From: an uncultured Gemmatimonadales bacterium
GTDB taxonomy: Bacteria; Gemmatimonadota; Gemmatimonadetes; Gemmatimonadales; GWC2-71-9
NCBI GenBank assembly: GCA_963795085.1
Contig: CAWCFX010000004.1
Span: forward strand, 544,001 to 608,000
Reading direction: 5' to 3'
Length of the DNA: 64,000 nt
Part shown: piece after piece, positions 27,424 to 37,622 of the stretch
How the letters are laid out: every line of letters begins with the position of its first letter
How positions within the stretch are numbered: the first letter of the stretch is position 1
Position numbers and translations under genes: made by a program
Notes under the pieces: model-generated
Databases searched by the model: none
What the model was told of the DNA's origin: nothing
The model's input: the letters and a program-made list of their open reading frames with translations, nothing else

Positions 27424-29247
27424 ATGGCGACTACGGCAATAGACCACTCCGACGCGCATGCGCATCCCCCGTCCGGGCTGTGGAGCTGGCTCACCACGGT
27501 GGACCATAAGCGCATCGGGATTCTCTACGGCGCCTCGGCCTTTGCCTTCTTCCTGATCGGGGGGCTGGAAGCCCTGCTGATCCGGATCCAGCTGGGCTCG
27601 GCGAACAACACCTTCCTGTCGCCGGAGGCGTACAACCAGCTCTTCACGATGCACGGCACCACCATGATCTTCCTGGCGGTGATGCCGTTGTCGGCGATGT
27701 ACTTCAACTACCTGATTCCGCTCCAGATCGGGGCCCGCGACGTCGCCTTTCCCCGGCTCAATGCGTTCAGCTACTGGGTGTTCATCCTGGGCGGGCTCTT
27801 CCTCAACGCCAGTTTCCTGTTCAACGCCGCGCCGAACGCCGGGTGGTTCGGCTACGCCAACCTGACCACCAGGCCCTATTCGCCGGGGCTCAACGTGGAT
27901 TTCTGGGTGCTGGGCCTCCAGATCCTGGGGATCGCGTCGCTGGCGGCGGGCGTCAACTTCTTCGTGACGATCATCAACCTGCGCGGACCGGGCATGAAGC
28001 TGATGCGAATGCCCATGTTCGTGTGGATGAGCTTCATCACCCAGATCCTGATCCTGCTGGCCTTCCCGGTGATCACGGTCGCGCTGATCATGCTGATGTT
28101 CGACCGGAACTTCGGCACCATGTTTTTCACGGTGGCCCAGGGGGGCGATCCCACCCTGTGGCAGCACCTGTTCTGGGTTTTCGGCCATCCCGAGGTGTAC
28201 ATCCTGATCCTGCCGGCCTTCGGCATCGTGTCCGAGATCCTGCCGGTCTTTTCCCGGAAACCGCTCTTCGGGTATGCCGCGATGGTGTTCTCGGGCGCCT
28301 TCATCGCGTTTCTCGGCTTCGGGGTGTGGGCGCACCACATGTTCGCCACCGGCATGGGCCCGATCGCGGACGCCGCGTTCTCGCTGACGACCATGCTGAT
28401 CGCGGTGCCCACCGGGGTGAAGATCTTCAACTGGATCGGCACCATCTGGGGCGGCTCGATCCAGATGAAGACGCCGATGTACTTCGCCCTCGGCTTCATC
28501 GCGATGTTCATCATCGGCGGCCTCTCCGGCGTGATGCACGCCTCGCCGCCGGCCGACCTGCAGCAGACCGACACCTACTTCGTGGTGGCGCACTTCCACT
28601 ACGTCCTGTTCGGCGGGAGTATCTTCGCCCTCACCGCCGGCGCCTATTTCTGGTTCCCCAAGATGTTCGGCAAGATGCTGGGCGAGGGTCTCGGCAAGCT
28701 CCACTTCTGGCTGATGTTCGCCGGGTTCAACCTGACCTTCATGCCGATGCACTTCCTGGGGCTCCACGGCATGCCGCGCCGGGTGTACACCTACCCCGAA
28801 GGGCTGGGCTTCGAGTTCTGGAACATGGTCCAAACGGCCGGGTCGTTCCTGCTCGCCGTCTCCTTCCTGGTGTTCATCTGGAACATCATCAAGAGCGTAC
28901 GGAGCCCGGAGCAGGCCCCGGCGGACCCCTGGAACGGCGCCACGCTGGAGTGGTCCATACCGTCCCCGCCGCAGGAGTTCAACTTCGCCGAGGTCCCGGT
29001 GGTCACCTCGCGTGACCCGCTGTGGGAGTGGAGGCGGGAGCGGGGCGGAGGACCCCTGCCGGAGCCGGCCCGGGTGAGCGGCAAGGGGATTCACATGCCC
29101 AATCCGTCCTACTGGCCGCTGGTCACCGCGATCGGCGTCCTGGTGACGCTGGTTGGGTTCATGGTGGGATTTCCCTACGTCAATCTGGTCGGCGCCGTGA
29201 TCCTGCTGCTCGGCATGTTCAAGTGGGCCTTCGAGCCGGCCGGCTGA
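27424..29247 (+). CDS. coxA: Cytochrome c oxidase subunit I (A1 type)
   Basis: DHKRIG, TMHG, GHPEVY, WAHH, AHFHY, GMPRR. Two extra C-terminal helices. Confidence 0.97.
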   Translation: MATTAIDHSDAHAHPPSGLWSWLTTVDHKRIGILYGASAFAFFLIGGLEALLIRIQLGSANNTFLSPEAYNQLFTMHGTTMIFLAVMPLSAMYFNYLIPLQIGARDVAFPRLNAFSYWVFILGGLFLNASFLFNAAPNAGWFGYANLTTRPYSPGLNVDFWVLGLQILGIASLAAGVNFFVTIINLRGPGMKLMRMPMFVWMSFITQILILLAFPVITVALIMLMFDRNFGTMFFTVAQGGDPTLWQHLFWVFGHPEVYILILPAFGIVSEILPVFSRKPLFGYAAMVFSGAFIAFLGFGVWAHHMFATGMGPIADAAFSLTTMLIAVPTGVKIFNWIGTIWGGSIQMKTPMYFALGFIAMFIIGGLSGVMHASPPADLQQTDTYFVVAHFHYVLFGGSIFALTAGAYFWFPKMFGKMLGEGLGKLHFWLMFAGFNLTFMPMHFLGLHGMPRRVYTYPEGLGFEFWNMVQTAGSFLLAVSFLVFIWNIIKSVRSPEQAPADPWNGATLEWSIPSPPQEFNFAEVPVVTSRDPLWEWRRERGGGPLPEPARVSGKGIHMPNPSYWPLVTAIGVLVTLVGFMVGFPYVNLVGAVILLLGMFKWAFEPAG

Positions 29248-29269
29248 TCTTCAACCCAGGGGTCTGACC

Positions 29270-29899
29270 TTGTCTCACGACGCGCACGCGATGCAGCTCG
29301 CGACCAGCACCGGTCTCGACAGCCGGAAGATGGCCATCTGGACCTTTATCGGGTCCGAATGCCTCTTCTTTGCCTCGCTCATTTCCACCTACATGGTGTA
29401 CAAGGGCAAGAGCATCACCGGCCCCTATCCGCACACGCCGTGGACCAATCCTGCTACCGGCGAAGTGGTTCCCCCGATCCTCAACATCCCGCTTACCTCG
29501 ATCAGCACCTTCGTCCTGCTGATGAGTTCGTTCGCGGTGGTGCTGGCGCTCTACGGCGCGCAGCGGGGCAACCGGAAGATGCTCATCGGCTGGCTGTCGC
29601 TCACCATGGTGGGCGGGCTGATCTTCCTGGGCGGCCAGGTGTACGAGTTCAGCCACTTCGTTCACCAGGGGCTGACCCTCAAGCAGAACCTGTTCGGCGC
29701 CACGTTTTTCACCCTGACCGGGTTCCACGGCGGCCACGTCACGGTGGGCCTGATCTGGCTGGGCACGGTGCTGGTCACCGCGGTCCGGGGCGACCTGCCG
29801 CCGGCCAAGGCGCTCAATCTCGAGATCGCGGCGCTGTACTGGCACTTCGTGGACGTCATCTGGATCATCATCTTCACCGTCCTCTACCTGATTCAATAG
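29270..29899 (+). CDS. coxC: Cytochrome c oxidase subunit III
   Basis: WTFIGSECLFF, LTGFHGGHV, LYWHFVDVIW. TTG start. Confidence 0.95.
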   Translation: MSHDAHAMQLATSTGLDSRKMAIWTFIGSECLFFASLISTYMVYKGKSITGPYPHTPWTNPATGEVVPPILNIPLTSISTFVLLMSSFAVVLALYGAQRGNRKMLIGWLSLTMVGGLIFLGGQVYEFSHFVHQGLTLKQNLFGATFFTLTGFHGGHVTVGLIWLGTVLVTAVRGDLPPAKALNLEIAALYWHFVDVIWIIIFTVLYLIQ

Positions 29900-29912
29900 G
29901 CCAGGCGCATCC

Positions 29913-30248
29913 ATGGACGCACACGCGGAAGTACATACCGGCGGCGGTGAGCATGCCCATCCGACGCCGGGACTCTATACCAAGATCGCGGTCACGCTGA
30001 TAATCCTGACGGCCCTGGAAGTGGCGGTGTACTATGTCGAATCCATCCGCGCCTTCCTGGTACCGATCCTGATCGTGCTGATGATCGTGAAGTTCGCCCT
30101 GGTAGGGATGTACTACATGCACCTCAAGCAGGACGCGAAGCTGTTCACCGGGCTGTTCGTGTTTCCCATCCTGCTGGCCGTCGGCGTCATCGTGGCACTC
30201 ATGGCCCTCTTCGGGGTCAGTCACCCGACGATGCCCGGAGCGCCGTAG
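29913..30248 (+). CDS. Cytochrome c oxidase subunit IV family protein
   Basis: LTALEV, KFALVGMYYMHLK, three TM helices. Confidence 0.88.
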   Translation: MDAHAEVHTGGGEHAHPTPGLYTKIAVTLIILTALEVAVYYVESIRAFLVPILIVLMIVKFALVGMYYMHLKQDAKLFTGLFVFPILLAVGVIVALMALFGVSHPTMPGAP

Positions 30249-30254
30249 CCGTCG

Positions 30255-31073
30255 TTGATTCCGCTCCCGTTCCTGTTTGACCAGAGGGTCCGGCCCGCCG
30301 GGCCCTTTGTCGCTGACTGGTCGCTCCACCCCAGCGTCCTGATTGGCACCGCCATCTTCGCCGGCCTCTACATTTACGGCATCACGGCCTGGCGCCGGCG
30401 GCACCTGCCCGATGCGCGCATCTCTCCCTGGCGCATCCTGTCGTTTGCAACGGGCTGCCTGCTCCTGCTCGGCGTCCTGAACGGCCCCATCCATGACCTG
30501 AGCGATTACTACCTCTTCTCGGCCCACATGTTTCAGCATCTGCTGCTGACCCTGGTGGTGCCGCCGCTCTGGCTGGCGGGAACCCCGTCCTGGCTGCTCC
30601 GGCCCCTGTTCGCCCGGCCCCGGGTGCGGTCGGCCGCCCGCCTGCTCACCCGGCCGGTGGTGGCCGGCCTGATCTACACCGTGACGATATCGGCCTGGCA
30701 CGTGATCCAGCTCTACGACCTGATGATGCGGAGCCACGAGGTCCACATCGTGACCCATCTCATGTTCATCGCCGTCGCGGTGCTGATGTGGTGGCCGATC
30801 CTGAGCCCTTCGCCCGAGGTGCCGCGGGCCACCCCAGGGGTGGGGATGCTCTATCTCTTCCTGGTGGGCATCCCGATGCAGATCGTGGCGGCCCTGATCA
30901 GCCTCTCCAAATCGGTCCTGTACGAGTGGTATGCCGCCGCGCCCCGAACCTGGGGCCTCAGCGCAATCGATGACCAGCAGATCGGCGGATTGATGATGTG
31001 GGTGCCGGGCGGACTCTACCTGGCCGGTGCGATCGGGATCGTCTTCTTTGTCTGGGCCGGCAGGGAAAAGTAG
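30255..31073 (+). CDS. ctaG: caa3-type oxidase assembly factor CtaG
   Basis: LFSAHMFQHLLL, WH...LYD, DDQQIGGLMMWVPG. Confidence 0.9.
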   Translation: MIPLPFLFDQRVRPAGPFVADWSLHPSVLIGTAIFAGLYIYGITAWRRRHLPDARISPWRILSFATGCLLLLGVLNGPIHDLSDYYLFSAHMFQHLLLTLVVPPLWLAGTPSWLLRPLFARPRVRSAARLLTRPVVAGLIYTVTISAWHVIQLYDLMMRSHEVHIVTHLMFIAVAVLMWWPILSPSPEVPRATPGVGMLYLFLVGIPMQIVAALISLSKSVLYEWYAAAPRTWGLSAIDDQQIGGLMMWVPGGLYLAGAIGIVFFVWAGREK

Positions 31074-31155
31074 GAGCACAGGTTCGTGGCTGACGCCGGC
31101 TGCCCTTCTCTCGATGGGTGAGCCTGCCCGGAACCACAAACCACACACCACAAAT

Positions 31156-31219
31156 CACGAAGGCACGAAGAAACAAGAAAAGTCGGTTGGGGCTCTTCCT
31201 GTTGTTTCGTGCCTTTGTG
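31156..31219. repeat. 27-bp imperfect inverted repeat between convergent genes
   Basis: CACGAAGGCACGAAGAAACAAGAAAAG / CTCTTCCTGTTGTTTCGTGCCTTTGTG with a 10-nt loop, preceded by AACCACA-type heptamers. Confidence 0.75.
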
Positions 31220-31329
31220 CCAATGCTGTTGCCGGACGCCGGTTTCCTTGTCCTTCGTTCTTTGTGGTCAAGGCTGGTAGCAGTTGGCCGAGCCCTCGGG
31301 TCCATGCCTGTTGTCCCTCGGGGTTTCCT

Positions 31330-31947
31330 TCATGAAAATCTGGCGATGGCCGCGGCAATGGTGGTCTCGAACCCCGCCTGGTCCGGGGTACCGAACAGCG
31401 TGACGGCCGCGGTTTCGAGGCATGCCGTCTCGGCGTCCTCCAGGGTTTCCAGGTCAAAGGGCTGCGGCGGGAGCGCCGGGTATCCGGGAAATTCCGCCAT
31501 GATCGGGCACTGGTTCTCGATTACCCGGCCGGCTGGAGTGACCATGCCCAGGCCGGTCATCCGGCAGACCAGGGGGCGGCTCTCGTAGATCCGGCAGACC
31601 CCCTCGTCGTCCAGCAGGGGACACGGCTCCAGCGCCATCCCCTCGCTCACCCGGTCGAAATCCTCGTCGCCGATGCCGGCGGTGCCTTTCAGCACATCCC
31701 ATCCCGGCTCAAGCTGCCCCATCCGGACTACCTGCTCCCGGGCTCGTGACCGTATGGTGGCTTGCGCCTCCGGCGGAAGCTCCCCGACGGCTGCTATCAC
31801 CAGCGCGGTATCGGCAACGCTGATATCAAAGGGCCCCCGGCAACAGGCGCTGCATCCGCGCCGGCAGGGCACCACGCCGGAGCGCGCCGCGGACTCGGCG
31901 AACCACCGGTCGAGGTGCTGCAGCAGGCTACGATAAGGTGCGGCCAT
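31330..31947 (-). CDS. YkgJ/FliB-family cysteine-cluster protein
   Basis: CRRGCSACC, PCPLL, CRIYESRPLVCR. Confidence 0.88.
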   Translation of the reverse strand: MAAPYRSLLQHLDRWFAESAARSGVVPCRRGCSACCRGPFDISVADTALVIAAVGELPPEAQATIRSRAREQVVRMGQLEPGWDVLKGTAGIGDEDFDRVSEGMALEPCPLLDDEGVCRIYESRPLVCRMTGLGMVTPAGRVIENQCPIMAEFPGYPALPPQPFDLETLEDAETACLETAAVTLFGTPDQAGFETTIAAAIARFS

Positions 31948-31988
31948 GGTCACCTGGGACCAGCAACAGGGACGGGAAAAGAAACGAC

Positions 31989-32402
31989 TTACTGATCGCT
32001 GCTTAAGGTGTGCGGCTCACTGCTCCCGGCAGTTCCGGCCCACGCGCAGATGACCAGCGCCAGCCATCCGGCCAGGAAGGCGGCTCCACCGAGAGGCGTG
32101 ATCATGCCGAAGCGGGCGACGCCAGTGAGGGCGAGCAGGTAGAGACTTCCGGAAAAGAGCACGATGCCGGCCACGAAGAACCAGCCCGCGTACTTCGCCA
32201 TGCTCCATCCCCGCGCCTCCAGGTACGCGGTGATGAACAGGGCGAGGGCGTGGTACATCTGGTAGCGGGCCCCGGTTTCGAAGGCGGCGAGGTGTTCCGG
32301 GGATATATGAGATTTGAGGGCATGGGCGCCGAAGGCGCCGGCGCCCACTGCGATGAACGCGCTCAACGCACCCAGGAAGGTAAAGAGGCCGGAGCGGCTC
32401 AT
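31989..32402 (-). CDS. DUF423 (YgdD/TMEM256) membrane protein
   Basis: GAFGAH, ARYQMYHAL, LFSGSLY, ITPLGG. ATG 32402. Confidence 0.92.
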   Translation of the reverse strand: MSRSGLFTFLGALSAFIAVGAGAFGAHALKSHISPEHLAAFETGARYQMYHALALFITAYLEARGWSMAKYAGWFFVAGIVLFSGSLYLLALTGVARFGMITPLGGAAFLAGWLALVICAWAGTAGSSEPHTLSSDQ

Positions 32403-33076
32403 GCGGGTGAGGCCGGCGGGCTCCGGTCGGCCCAGGCTGCCAGGGCGGCCAGTCCGAGAGTTCCCGCGATGGTCACGATCCCCACGGCCTGCAGGCTGGG
32501 CGGCGGCGGGCTGAGGAGGCTCACGGCGTACAAAGCCACCAGGATGCCGGCAAGCAGGAGAACCCGGTTCGATCCGGCGGGGTGCCGGGCCCGGCGCCAC
32601 CGCATGTAAATGACCAGCCCGGCTCCGAAGAGCACCGTCTCCAGGGCCAGTGTTGCGGCCAGGTGCCGCCAGAGGCCGAACCCAACCTTGGCCGTGGTGT
32701 CACCGGCCAGGGGAAGGTCCGGCAGGTGCACGAGGAGATCCAGGAACCAGTGGGAGGCGACCGCGACCCCGGCGATGACCGCTTTCAGCCGGTGGTGCCG
32801 GCTGGTGTCCCGGGTCGGCCAGGAGTACATGATGGCCGCGATGAGCAATCCCCAACCGAAGGCCGCCACCAGGCTGTGGGACAGCGGATAGCTGGTGAAC
32901 TCCAGCGGGGTGACGGGGGTGAGACCGGGGACGATCCGGGCCGATTCCCATCCGGCCAGGAGAAAGGCGCCCCACGCGGTGTCCACCAGCGCGACCGAGA
33001 AAAACAGGGTCCCGAGTGACAGGCGCGGCTCGGCCCGCTTGAGCGCCAGCGCGACACCGTAGTGGCCGAGAAACAT
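32399..33076 (-). CDS. Membrane-bound metal-dependent hydrolase-like protein
   Basis: MFLGHY, YPLSHSL, SHWFLDLLVH, GFGLW. ATG 33076. Confidence 0.78.
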   Translation of the reverse strand: MFLGHYGVALALKRAEPRLSLGTLFFSVALVDTAWGAFLLAGWESARIVPGLTPVTPLEFTSYPLSHSLVAAFGWGLLIAAIMYSWPTRDTSRHHRLKAVIAGVAVASHWFLDLLVHLPDLPLAGDTTAKVGFGLWRHLAATLALETVLFGAGLVIYMRWRRARHPAGSNRVLLLAGILVALYAVSLLSPPPPSLQAVGIVTIAGTLGLAALAAWADRSPPASPA

Positions 33077-33092
33077 GGGGCCTCTTTCCGTC

Positions 33093-33992
33093 TCAGGAGG
33101 TAGGTTCGAGCACTCCCATGCCCATGGCATGATAGCCGTTGTCCACGTACACCACCGAGCCGGTGATCGCTCCGCCGAGCGGACTGCAGAGGAATGCGGC
33201 GGCATGGCCGACATCCGCCGCTTCGATAGGACGGGGGAGGGGAGAGTTGGCGCTGGTGTACGTGATCATCGTATCGATAAAGCCGATCGCCGACGCAGCG
33301 CGGGAAGCCCAGGGGCCGGCCGAGATGGCGTTGACCCGGACTCCAAAACGCCGCCCCGCCTCGAAGGCCAGGGTACGGGTATCCGCTTCCAGGGCCGCCT
33401 TGGCGCTTGACATGCCGCCGCCGTACCCCGGGATCACCCGTACCCCGGCCATGTAGGTCAGGGAGAGAAACGATCCGCCCGGCCGCATGAGCGGGCTCAA
33501 CTCCCGGACCAGCGAAACATTGCTGTAGGCGCTCACGCTCACTGCCGCCAGGTAGCCTTCTCGGCTGGTGTCGATCAGCGGCTTCCTGACTTCGGGCGCG
33601 TTGGCGAGGCTATGCACGACAATGTCCAGGGGCTGGTCACCGAAATCGTTCCGCAGCCGGCTGGTCATGCCCTGGACGCTGAAATCGCCCACCTCGCGGT
33701 AGCGCTTGTTCTCCCGGACCTCGGCGGGAGCATCCTCCAGCGTGTCGTAGGCGGCGTCGAGCGGGTAGATCCGCTCGAACTGCATCCGGGACCCATCGGC
33801 CAGGGTCATGGATTCGTCCATTTTGCCCCGCTCGAGCAGCTTCTCGAAGATGCCGAGGGCGGGGGGCCAGCTGCCGACGCAGATCGTGGCCCCAGCTTCG
33901 GCCAAGGACTTGGCGATGGCGAATCCGAACCCGCCGTCATCAGAAACTCCGGCGATCAGGGCGCGTTTTCCCGTGAGGTCAATGGCAAGCAT
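33093..33992 (-). CDS. fabI: Enoyl-ACP reductase FabI, plant/chlamydial type
   Basis: [64 protein letters not shown]. Confidence 0.93.
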   Translation of the reverse strand: MLAIDLTGKRALIAGVSDDGGFGFAIAKSLAEAGATICVGSWPPALGIFEKLLERGKMDESMTLADGSRMQFERIYPLDAAYDTLEDAPAEVRENKRYREVGDFSVQGMTSRLRNDFGDQPLDIVVHSLANAPEVRKPLIDTSREGYLAAVSVSAYSNVSLVRELSPLMRPGGSFLSLTYMAGVRVIPGYGGGMSSAKAALEADTRTLAFEAGRRFGVRVNAISAGPWASRAASAIGFIDTMITYTSANSPLPRPIEAADVGHAAAFLCSPLGGAITGSVVYVDNGYHAMGMGVLEPTS

Positions 33993-34209
33993 GACGATGT
34001 GTCTCCCGGCTGTCGTAAGGAAGTCCGACCAAGATAATAGGATGGGGCCGCCTTCCCTCTTGCCCCGCCCGTTCGGTCATCGAGCACAATATTCACGGGA
34101 GGAAGAAGATCAAGGCCATGATCCGGGATGGGGTTTGGATTACCTGCGGGCCTGATCCGGGTGCCGGCACGTGGGGCCGCGATTGACCGGCATCCCGGTC
34201 CCCGGCCGG

Positions 34210-36777
34210 TCACTCGGCCCGCAGCACCTCCAGCGGCGTGTTGCGGAGCACCTCGGTGCTGTTGAGGAGGCCGACGGAGACCGTGAGCGCCAGCATCCCC
34301 AGGGCGAGGCCGGTGAGCGGCAGGGCGGGGAAGGCGAAGGACGACTCGAAAACGTAGCGCATCAGCAGCCACCCGGCGCCGGTGGAGAGGAGCAGCGCCA
34401 GGGCCACGGCCAGCATGCCCAGGAACAGGTATTCCACGAAGAGGATGTGGAGGATCTGCTTTCGCGTGGCGCCCAGCGTTTTGAGCAGGACCCCCTCGCG
34501 AACCCGCTGGTACCGGCTGGTCGCCACGGCACCGATCAGCACGATCGCGCCGGTCGCCAGGCTGAACAGCGCCATGAAACGGATGACCAGGACCACCTTG
34601 TCAATCAGGCCCTCGATGGAGGCCTGGATCTGGGTCAGGTCCAGCGAGGTGATGTTGGGATATTGCTCCACCACCCGGCGCTGGATCACGCCCCGCTCGG
34701 CAGCCTCCGCAACCCGGGTCAGCAGCACGAACATCTGGGGAGCCTCGTTGAGAGGGCCATCCGGAAAGACGACAAAGAAGTTGGGCTCCATCCGGGCCCA
34801 GTTGACCTCACGCAGGTTGGCGACACGGGTAGTGATGGGGAGGCCCTGTACGTCCCACATAATCGTATCGCCGACCGTGACGTCAATGTCGCCGGCCACC
34901 TCGACTTCCATGGAGATCGGTACCACGCCTCCCATCCCGTCCCCCGGCTTCCACCAGTCGCCCAGGACCATTTTTTCCGATCCGACGAGGGTGTCCCGGT
35001 AGGTGGACCGGAATTCCCTCCGTAGCGCCCAGCGTCCCATCGGCGCCCCGGTGGAAGTGACCGCGTTGGTGTCGGCGAGGATCTCCCGCACCGGACGCCC
35101 CTTCACCGAGAGCAGGCGCATCGGGATGATGGGCACCGCGGGCTGGATCTCCTGCCCCGCGCCCGCGAGGGTGGCCTCGACCCCGGCCTTCTGGCCGGGC
35201 TGAATATCGAAGAGGACGAGATTGGGCCGCGGGCCGGTCCCGCCGAAACGGAACTCCCGGAGCAAATTGGACTGGACCAGGTAGAGGGTGCTGAGCAGGA
35301 AGGCGCCGAAGCCGAGCGACAACATCACCACCACGGTCTGGTTGGCCGGCCGGTAGAGGTTCGCGAGTCCCTGGCGCCAGAGGTAGGGCAGGCCCGAGGG
35401 AAACCAGCGCCGGAGAATGCGGATGAGCGCCAGGGCGGCCAGGGCCAGCACGCCGAGCACGATGCCGATCGAGGCCGTGAAGACCGCCCCGGAAACCAGG
35501 TTCCCGACCTGGATGGCTGCCAGCGCCGCGACCGCGACGACCATGAGCAGATACAGAGGCAGTCGTTTCCAGAGGCGCCGTTTTCCGCCTGCCGACTCGA
35601 AGTCCCGGCGCAGCACCACGAGCGGCGACACCTCCCGGATGGCCAGCAACGGCAGCAGGGCAAAAATGCTGGCTACCACGAGCCCGGTGGAGATGCCGAG
35701 CCCTACCGCCGGCCAGGAAACCGCGAACTCCACGTCCACCGGCAGGAAATCCTGGAACAGGAGTGGCAGCCCCGTCTGCAGTCCCACGCCGAGCAGCGCG
35801 CCCGCCACGCTCCCCAGGAGGCCCATGGCCGCAGCCTGGACGAGATACACCGCCACCAGCCTCCTGGAACTTGCTCCGAGGCAGCGGAGGATGGCGATGG
35901 TGTCGATCTTCCGGCGAATGAAGACATGGACCGCGCTGGCCACCCCCAGGCCGCCCAGCAGCAGCGCCACCAGCGCCACCAGGCCGAGGTAGCGGCCCAG
36001 CTGGTCCAGCGTTTCGTCCAGGTCGCGCTCGTCGTCGGCGACGGTCCGCACGGTGACCCGCTCCCCGGTCAGGATACCGCGCAGCCGCTCCGCGGCGGTT
36101 CCCGGGTCGCCGGACTCCAGCTGGATGAACCGCTCGTACTCCGCGCGGGAGCCCGTCACCAGGAGGCGAGTCGCCGCGACCGCCTCGCCCGGGATGAAGA
36201 TGCGGGGGCCAAAGGCGCTCCGGACACCGACATCGCCCGGAACATCCACGATGATGCCGGTGATCTGGAAGCGGGCTTCGCCGAGTGACAGCGAGTCGCC
36301 AATCCGGGCGCTCAAGGCCGCGAGCAGGGTCGCGTCCACCAGGACGTGGCGTCCCGACTGGAGGGCGTCCCAGGCCGGGGCGGGGTCGGTGCGGATCCGC
36401 CCGTAGAACGGATAGCCGCCGGTGATGGCCGCGACCTGCACCAGGCGGGTGCCTTCGGTGCGGGGTACGTAGGCCATCGCCGAGAAGCTGGTGACCAGGG
36501 CGGCCCGGGCGCAGGATGCCGCGGCGCAGCCGGCAACCGAATCGATGGCCGCATTGGCGCGGGGAGAAAACGGCGCCCGGGCCCGGACCGCGAGGTCGGC
36601 CCCCAGCAGGGACTGGGCCTGGCTGGCGACCGCGCTCCGCATGTTCGCGGTAAAGGAGTTGAGCGCCACCAGGGCTCCCACCCCGACCGTAACCGAGGCG
36701 GTCAGCAGGAGCAACCGGCGCTTGGCAGCCCGGCTTTCCCGCCAGGCCATGGCGAAGACGAAGCCGAGGCGGGTCAC
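34210..36777 (-). CDS. ABC transporter permease, YbbP/FtsX-like (duplicated)
   Basis: AWRESR, LLGADL, YPFYG, IAILRCLGA, PNFFVVF, LLKTLGA. Confidence 0.9.
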   Translation of the reverse strand: MTRLGFVFAMAWRESRAAKRRLLLLTASVTVGVGALVALNSFTANMRSAVASQAQSLLGADLAVRARAPFSPRANAAIDSVAGCAAASCARAALVTSFSAMAYVPRTEGTRLVQVAAITGGYPFYGRIRTDPAPAWDALQSGRHVLVDATLLAALSARIGDSLSLGEARFQITGIIVDVPGDVGVRSAFGPRIFIPGEAVAATRLLVTGSRAEYERFIQLESGDPGTAAERLRGILTGERVTVRTVADDERDLDETLDQLGRYLGLVALVALLLGGLGVASAVHVFIRRKIDTIAILRCLGASSRRLVAVYLVQAAAMGLLGSVAGALLGVGLQTGLPLLFQDFLPVDVEFAVSWPAVGLGISTGLVVASIFALLPLLAIREVSPLVVLRRDFESAGGKRRLWKRLPLYLLMVVAVAALAAIQVGNLVSGAVFTASIGIVLGVLALAALALIRILRRWFPSGLPYLWRQGLANLYRPANQTVVVMLSLGFGAFLLSTLYLVQSNLLREFRFGGTGPRPNLVLFDIQPGQKAGVEATLAGAGQEIQPAVPIIPMRLLSVKGRPVREILADTNAVTSTGAPMGRWALRREFRSTYRDTLVGSEKMVLGDWWKPGDGMGGVVPISMEVEVAGDIDVTVGDTIMWDVQGLPITTRVANLREVNWARMEPNFFVVFPDGPLNEAPQMFVLLTRVAEAAERGVIQRRVVEQYPNITSLDLTQIQASIEGLIDKVVLVIRFMALFSLATGAIVLIGAVATSRYQRVREGVLLKTLGATRKQILHILFVEYLFLGMLAVALALLLSTGAGWLLMRYVFESSFAFPALPLTGLALGMLALTVSVGLLNSTEVLRNTPLEVLRAE

Positions 36778-37442
36778 GCGGCACCGTCGGAGACCATCCG
36801 GCCATCCGCCAGCCGGATGACGCGGTGGGCCCGGGAGGCGAGTTCGTGATCGTGGGTGACCAGTACCAGGGTGGTCCCCAGCTCCCGGTTCAGCTCGGCC
36901 ATCAGGCCGATCACGGTGGCGCCGGTCGCGGCGTCCAGGTTCCCGGTGGGTTCGTCGGCGAACAGGATCCGGGGCCGGTTGCTGAAGGCCCGGGCCAATG
37001 CCACCCGCTGCTGCTCTCCGCCCGAGAGCTGGGCCGGATAGTGATGTCCCCGGTCGGCCAGGCCCACCCGGGCGAGCAGCTCGGTCGCCCGCGCCCCGGC
37101 ATCCTCGCCTCGCAGTTCCAGGGGCACTTGCACGTTTTCCCTCGCGGTCAGCGTGGGAATCAGGTGGAACGACTGGAAGACGAAGCCCACTTTTTCACCG
37201 CGGAGCCGGGCCCGCTGGTCTTCGGTCATCCCGGTCAGATCCAGGCCGTCGAGCAGGACCCGCCCTCGCCGGGGGCGGTCCAGGCCCGCCAGCAGGCCCA
37301 GCAGCGTGGTTTTCCCGCTTCCGGAGGGTCCCACGATGGCCAGGAACCCGCCGTCCTCGAGTTCGAAGCTGATATCCTCCAGCACGGTCAGTTCCCGGCC
37401 GCCCGAGAGATAAGTCTGGGTCAGAGATTCACAGCGAAGCAT
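36774..37442 (-). CDS. ABC transporter ATP-binding protein, YbbA/LolD-like
   Basis: GPSGSGKT, LSGGEQQRV, FADEPTGNLD, VTHD. Confidence 0.95.
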   Translation of the reverse strand: MLRCESLTQTYLSGGRELTVLEDISFELEDGGFLAIVGPSGSGKTTLLGLLAGLDRPRRGRVLLDGLDLTGMTEDQRARLRGEKVGFVFQSFHLIPTLTARENVQVPLELRGEDAGARATELLARVGLADRGHHYPAQLSGGEQQRVALARAFSNRPRILFADEPTGNLDAATGATVIGLMAELNRELGTTLVLVTHDHELASRAHRVIRLADGRMVSDGAA

Positions 37443-37622
37443 CGATATCCTGGAGGTACGAGGTCGGGGGATTCCATCGAGCCGGAATGATACTGCCGGA
37501 GTCCATACGCACCATATATAGTGAAGGCTTCATGCCGGTGGCGGCGCCCAACGGGAGCTCCCGGCGGGGCGTATTGGGGCAGGTCTGCGCCCGTCCGTCC
37601 ACCACCTGTACCCGGTCGTCTC

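Noticed and set aside
29090..29247. Extra C-terminal helices on CoxA as a novelty
   Set aside because: Transfer of the first subunit III helices to subunit I is known in caa3-type oxidases such as that of Bacillus.
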